From contig NC_057753.1 in the NCBI RefSeq assembly GCF_004010195.1, forward strand, positions 8,703,182-8,741,729: a stretch of DNA of 38,548 bases, in the 5' to 3' direction. The notes under the pieces were generated by a model. That model did no database searches, was not told the origin of the DNA, and was given only the letters and a program-made list of their open reading frames with translations. Both the position numbers and the translations under genes were made by a program. The stretch comes from Chiloscyllium plagiosum (lineage: Eukaryota). This document shows, piece after piece, positions 33,247 through 38,548 of this stretch (within the stretch, counting starts at the first letter, position 1; the number at the start of each line of letters is the position of its first letter).

Positions 33247-34785
33247 CATTGTTGTCATATGTGCCTAGATACAATGGAAAGTGCTGCTTTGTGTGCTCTG
33301 TCGGCAGGTATTAGCATACAAAATGCATAAGGTAGCAGTGCAGGTTGCAGCATACAGATATGTAGACGCAGAGAACATGCAGAGAGAGAGATCAATGTCA
33401 ACGTCTGAGAGCTTTGTACAAAAATATGATTGCTGCTTGGAAGAAGGTCTCTTGAATCAGTTCATCAGTATATTCAAGTTTTTTAAATGTTTTCTACCCG
33501 ATAGAATTAGATAGAAGAGTGTGTAATCTTGGTGGGAGGATTCATTCCTGATGTTGTATGCTCTCCTGAATCAGCAGGTGTATAGTTGGAGTCAAAGGAT
33601 GGAAGGCTAGCTTGTGTGATAGACTGGGCTGTGTTTACGATTCTTGGTACTTTCTTTTGGTTTTGAGGGAAGAGCATTTGTGATGCATCCAGATATGATA
33701 CTTTGTGTGTTGCATCTATGACAATTGGTAAGAGTCTTTAAGGGATTGCTGAATTTACTTAGACTCATGAGGAAGTAGACGCATTATTGTGTTTTGTTAA
33801 CGATCGAGTCGAAGTGAATGAACCAGGATTAATTGTTGGTAATCATCACTCGCCGGAACTTGACGCTCCCGACAATGTCCACGTCAGCACAACTGACGCA
33901 GACAGGGTCGTGCCCTCTGCTCCAGTTTCTGAAGTCAATGACCCGCTCCTTCATTTTGCGCAAGTTGAAGGAGAGATTGCTGTATTTAAACTAGCCAGTA
34001 AGCACTCAATCTCTTTACTGTCCTTCCTCTCGTCATTACTTGTAATTCGACCAATAACAGTGTGCATGACCAAACCTGTAAATGGATTTGAGGTAGAATT
34101 TGACCTCACAATCGTTAGCGTAAATGGAGTACAGCAGAGAGCTAAATACACTGCCTGTTAGGCAAGTGTTAAGCATTATGGCAGTCATCTGTTCCTACTA
34201 ACTGCGTTAGATGGATCAGGAAATCGAAGGTCCAGTCACACAGAGGAGAGCTGAGACCGAGGTCTCCAACTTTAGGGATGAATTTCTCTGGAATTATGGT
34301 GTTGAATGCAGCCCAGTCGTCAATAAGTAGGAGCCTGATGTAAGTATCCTTGTTATCCAAATGTTTAACGCATGAGTGTAGGGCACATAGGACAGCATCT
34401 GTGATGGACTAGATGTGCCAGTTTGCAAATTGAAAAGGATCAAGGCAAACTGGGAAGCTGGACTTGATGTGAGCCATGTCTACCTTCATTATTATAGAGG
34501 TCAGAGCTCTGGGCAGTAGTCATTAATGCAGACTGCATAGGTATTCTTTGGCAGCAGGATGATGGTTCAGATCGACGTAAAGGGAGGTTGAAATTGTCAG
34601 TGAATACACCCCACAGCTGGTCCACATAGGATTTGTGTTCACAGCCACGGGTTTCATCGGAGCCAGTCACTTTCTGTGTATTCACTCTCAAGAAGGCCAA
34701 TCCAATGTCTATGACAATGACCGTGGTTACAGGCGCATCGAGGCTGTTGGGACAGGTGACATCTTTTCACTGATCTCCTTTTCAA
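33222..34785 (-). mobile_element. Rex1/Babar-type LINE, RT and 3' part
   Basis: FLRVNTQKVTGSD..DQLWGVFTDNFNL and DTYIRLLLIDDWAAFNTIIP..LGLSSPLCDW match Rex1 RT motifs; (AAATC)n tail on the minus strand. Confidence 0.8.
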
Positions 34786-37603
34786 TGAAGAACTTTCAGC
34801 ATGGGTTGATGGCTGGGACTTCGATGTTGTGGCCATTTCGGAGACATGGTTAGAGCAGGGACAGGAATGGTTATTGCAGGTTCCAGGATTTAGATATTTC
34901 AGTAAGAACAGTAAGAAGATGGTAAAAGAGGGGCAGGTGTGATATTGTTGGTCAAGGACAGAAGAGGGGCAGGTGTGATATTGTTGGTCAAGGACAGTAT
35001 TAGAGTTGCAGAAGGGATGTTTAGGGACTCGTCAACTGAGTTAGTATGGGCTGAGGTTAGAAACAGGAAAGCAGAGGTCACTATTTTGGGACTTTTCCAT
35101 AGACCTCCGAATAGTTCCAGAGATGTAGAGGAACGGATAGCAAAGATGATTCTCGATAGGAGTGAGAGGGACAGGGTAGTTGTCATGGGGGACTTCAATT
35201 TTCCCAATATTGACTGGGAACACGATAGTACGAGTACTATAGATGGGTCAGTTTTTGTCCGATGTGTGCAGGAGGGCTTCCTGGCACAGTATGTAGACAG
35301 GTCACCAAGGGGCGAAGCCACATTAGATTTGGTACTGGTAATGAGCCCGGCCAGATTCTAGACATGGAAGTAGGTGAGCAATTTGGTGATAGCAATCACA
35401 TTACTGTTATGTTTACCTTAATGATAGAAAGGGATAGGTGTATACCACTGGGCAAGATTTACAGCTGGGGAGAAGGCAATTCGGATGCGATTTGGCAAGA
35501 TTTAGGAAGCATAGGATGACGAAGTAAACTGCAGGGGATGGGCACATTAGAAATGTGGAGCTTATTCAAGGAAAAGCTCCTGGGTGTCCTAGATAAGTGT
35601 GTACCTGTCAGGCAGGGTGGAAGCTGCAGAGCGCGGGAGCCGTGGTTTATGAGAAAGTGGAATCTCTAGTCAAGAGGAAGAAGGAGGCTTATGTTGGGAT
35701 GAGATGTGAAGGCTCAGTTAAGGCGCTTCAGGATTACAAGGTAGCCAGGGAATTCCTAAAAAGAGATCTCAGAAGAGCCAGGAGAAGACATGAGAAGTTG
35801 TTGGCGGATAGGGTCAGGGTAAACCCTAAGGCTTTCTATAGGTATTTAAGGAATAAAAGAATGGCGAGAGTAAGATTAGGGCCAATCAAGGATATTAGTG
35901 GGAAGTTGTGTGTGGAGTCAGAGGAGATAGGGGAACCACTAAATGAATATTTTTCGACAGTATTCACTCCAGAAAATGACAGTGTTGTCGAGGAGAATAC
36001 TAAGATACAGGCTACTAGACTAGGTGGGATTGACGTTCACAAGGAAGCGGTATTAAAAATCCTGCAGAGTGTGAAAATAGATAAGTCCCCTGGGAAGGAT
36101 GTGATTTATCCTAGGACCCTCTGGGAAGCCAGGAAGGACATTGCCCAGCCTTTGGCATTGATCTTTAAATCGTCATTGTCTACAGGAATAGTGCCAGAAG
36201 ACTGGAGGATAGCAAATGTGGTTCCCCTGTTCAAGAAGTGGAGTAGAGACAATCCTGGTAATTATAGCCCAGTGAGCCTTACTTCAGTTGTTGGAAAAGT
36301 GTTGGAAAAGAGATATGATTTATAATCATCTAAAAAAGAATAATTTCATTAGGGATAGTCAGCACAGTTTTTGAAGGGTAGGTCGTGCCTCACAAACAGG
36401 TGACCAAACAGGTAGATGAGAGTAAACCGGTTGATGTGGTGTATATGGATTTCAGCAAGGCGTACGATAGGGTTCCCCACAGTAGGCTATTGTACAAAAT
36501 GCGGAGAAATGGGATTATGGGAGATATAGCAGTTTGGATTAGTAATTGGCTGGCTGAAAGAAGACAGAGGATGATGGTTGATGGGAAATGTTCGTCCTGG
36601 AGTCCAGTTACTAGTGGTATACCACAAGGGTCGGTGTTGGGTCCACTGCTGTTCGTCATCTTTATAATCGACCTGGATGAGGGCGTAGAAGGGTGGGTTC
36701 GTAAATTTGCAGACGACACTAAGGTCGGTGAAGTTGTGGATAGTGACAAAGGATGTTGTAGGTTACAGAGAGACATAGATAAGCTGCAGAGCTGAGCTCA
36801 GAGGTGGCAAATAGAGTTTAATGCGGACAAGTGTGAGGTGATTCACTTTGGTCGGAGTAACCAGAATGCAAAGTAATGGGCTAATGGTAAGATTCTTGGT
36901 AGTGTAGATGAGCAGAGAGATCTCGGTGTCCATGGACACAGATCCTTGAAAATTGCCACCCGGGTTGACAGCATTGTTAAGAAGGCATACAATGTTTTAG
37001 CTTTTATTAATGGAGGAATCGTGTTCTGGAACCATGAGGTATTGCTGCAGCTGTACAAAACTCTGGTGCGGCTGCACTTGGAGTATTGTGGACAGTTCTG
37101 GTCAACGCATTATAAGAAGGATGTGGAAGCTTTGGAAAGGGTGCAGAGGAGATTTACTAGGATGGTATCTGATATGGAGGGAATGTCTTACGAGGAAAGG
37201 CTGAGGGACTTGAGGGTGTTTTCATTGAAGAGAAGAAGGTTGAGAGGTGACTTAATAGAGACATATAAGGTAATCAGAGTGTTAGATAGGTTGGACTGGG
37301 AGACCCTTTTTTTAAGTATGGTGATGGCGAGCACGAGGGAGCATAGCTTTAAACTGAGGGATGGTAGATATAGGACAGATGTCAGAGGTAGTTTCTTTAT
37401 TCAGAGAGTAGTAAGGTTATGGAATACTTTGCCTGCAACGGTAGTAGATTCTCCAACTTTAAGTACATTTAAGTCGTCATTGGACAAGCATATGGACGTA
37501 CATGGGATAATGTAGGTTAGATGGGCTTCAGATTGATATGACAGGTCGGCGCAACATCGAGGGCCGAAAGGCCTGTACTGCGCTGTAATGTTCGATGTTC
37601 TAT
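34786..37603 (+). mobile_element. CR1 LINE, 5'-truncated, near-complete disrupted ORF2 (APE + RT) and 3'UTR
   Basis: [53 protein letters not shown] and a terminal GGCCGAAAGGCCTGTACTG..ATGTTCTAT. Several frameshifts; 36-bp duplication at 34926-34997. Confidence 0.95.
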
Positions 37604-38075
37604 AAAGCAAGCAGAGAATACATTGGTCTCAGCGGATTCGGGTGAATGTTTGCACGCAATTCTGTTCGACTTCGTTTTGTAACCCGTAATGTCATGGAGG
37701 TCTTACCACCAATGGCGGCCGCAGTGTGATTAGTCTGCATCTCAAATGTCGTGCCTGGATATTCTGTATGATTTAGCGTCATTTTCATTTAACGCCTTAG
37801 CCCGCAATTCTGGAAGTGTTGGATCCCCCAGTTGATTCAATGAGGAACATTTAGACTAATGTGTTGGGATGCAAAAGTCTATGCAATTACAAATAAAGTA
37901 TGCAATAGTACTGGAATACTCGTTTCGGTTGACAATAAAGTTCTTGAACATGGATCGACTCTAAACAATCCTGTGCAAGGTTTTCCTTTGCCTTACTCCA
38001 TTATTTTCTGCGGTGGGTCCTTACACTGCAATTTCTGTTTGTATGCCAGAAGGAGGAGCACATCGTTAGAATATT
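37604..38075 (-). mobile_element. Rex1/Babar-type LINE, upstream continuation
   Basis: Joined to 34785 the minus strand reads NVFSACF-EKEISEKMSPVPT, continuous across the CR1 insertion. Confidence 0.65.
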
Positions 38076-38103
38076 GAAGGGTACAGCACAGAACAATCCC
38101 TTT

Positions 38104-38548
38104 GAGTGCGAGCTGCAGCCATGGTAAGACAGTTGGTTTTAAAATTACTTACCAGTAGCGGGCAGCGGTGTTTTTTTTCTCTTCACAGAAAGAGCGGGAA
38201 CAGCAGGGGGAAGTGACGAAGACCAGAGGTGCAGCCGGGTAGGGTTTTTTTTCCCTTTAAAAGCGCGCAGGAGAAGAACCCGAGGCACTACAGAGGTAGT
38301 GTCTCCCACCCGCCGGCCTCCTCTAACCTAAATAATAAGACCCGTTGTGGTAAGTAGGTAAGTGCTGCATTTTGCTTGTTGTATTCTTTAGACCCAGTTT
38401 TTTTTTAAGAAAAGGTTACTTTCAGAGGGATGGCAGTGAAGGCAGTGCAATGTTCCTCTTTCAACATGTTTGAGGTGAGGGATGCCATGGACGTCCCTGC
38501 TGATTACACTTGCAGGAAGTGCACCCATCTCCAGCTCCTCCAAGACCG
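38104..38548 (+). mobile_element. CR1 5'UTR and ORF1 start (runs off the window)
   Basis: ATG at 38430: MAVKAVQCSSFNMFEVRDAMDVPADYTCRKCTHLQLLQD, a CR1 ORF1 zinc-finger-like start (first CxxC lacks one Cys), preceded by a CpG-richer UTR. Confidence 0.8.

Noticed and set aside
1..38548. CRISPR array, retron, DGR or other prokaryotic RT system
   Set aside because: There is no repeat-spacer array or operon structure. All RT motifs belong to disrupted eukaryotic retrotransposons.

Overview
Eukaryotic vertebrate DNA, very probably a shark (inferred from HE1/V-SINE-type SINEs, CR1-type LINEs, two Penelope-like element types and a GPR139/142-like receptor of the kind expanded in cartilaginous fish). 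Most of the window is nested, decayed retroelements: many CR1-type LINE fragments, three tRNA-derived SINEs, Penelope-like elements (PLEs) carrying hammerhead ribozyme motifs, a Rex1/Babar-type LINE, solo-LTR-like repeats, a Gmr1-type Ty3/gypsy pol relic (PRO-INT-RT-RH order) and a retrovirus-like gag relic. The only convincing host coding sequence is an intact class A GPCR terminal exon (27753-28672); its expected TM1-encoding first exon was not found. Two decayed tRNA genes and several local duplications are also present. I found no CRISPR or other prokaryotic system and cannot support a wholly new biological system. The best leads are a duplicated pair of near-intact minimal hammerheads, the Gmr1-type and gag relics, and an orphan candidate exon in phase with the GPCR exon. 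Boundaries of old repeats were set by eye and are approximate; family names come from recalled motifs, not database searches.
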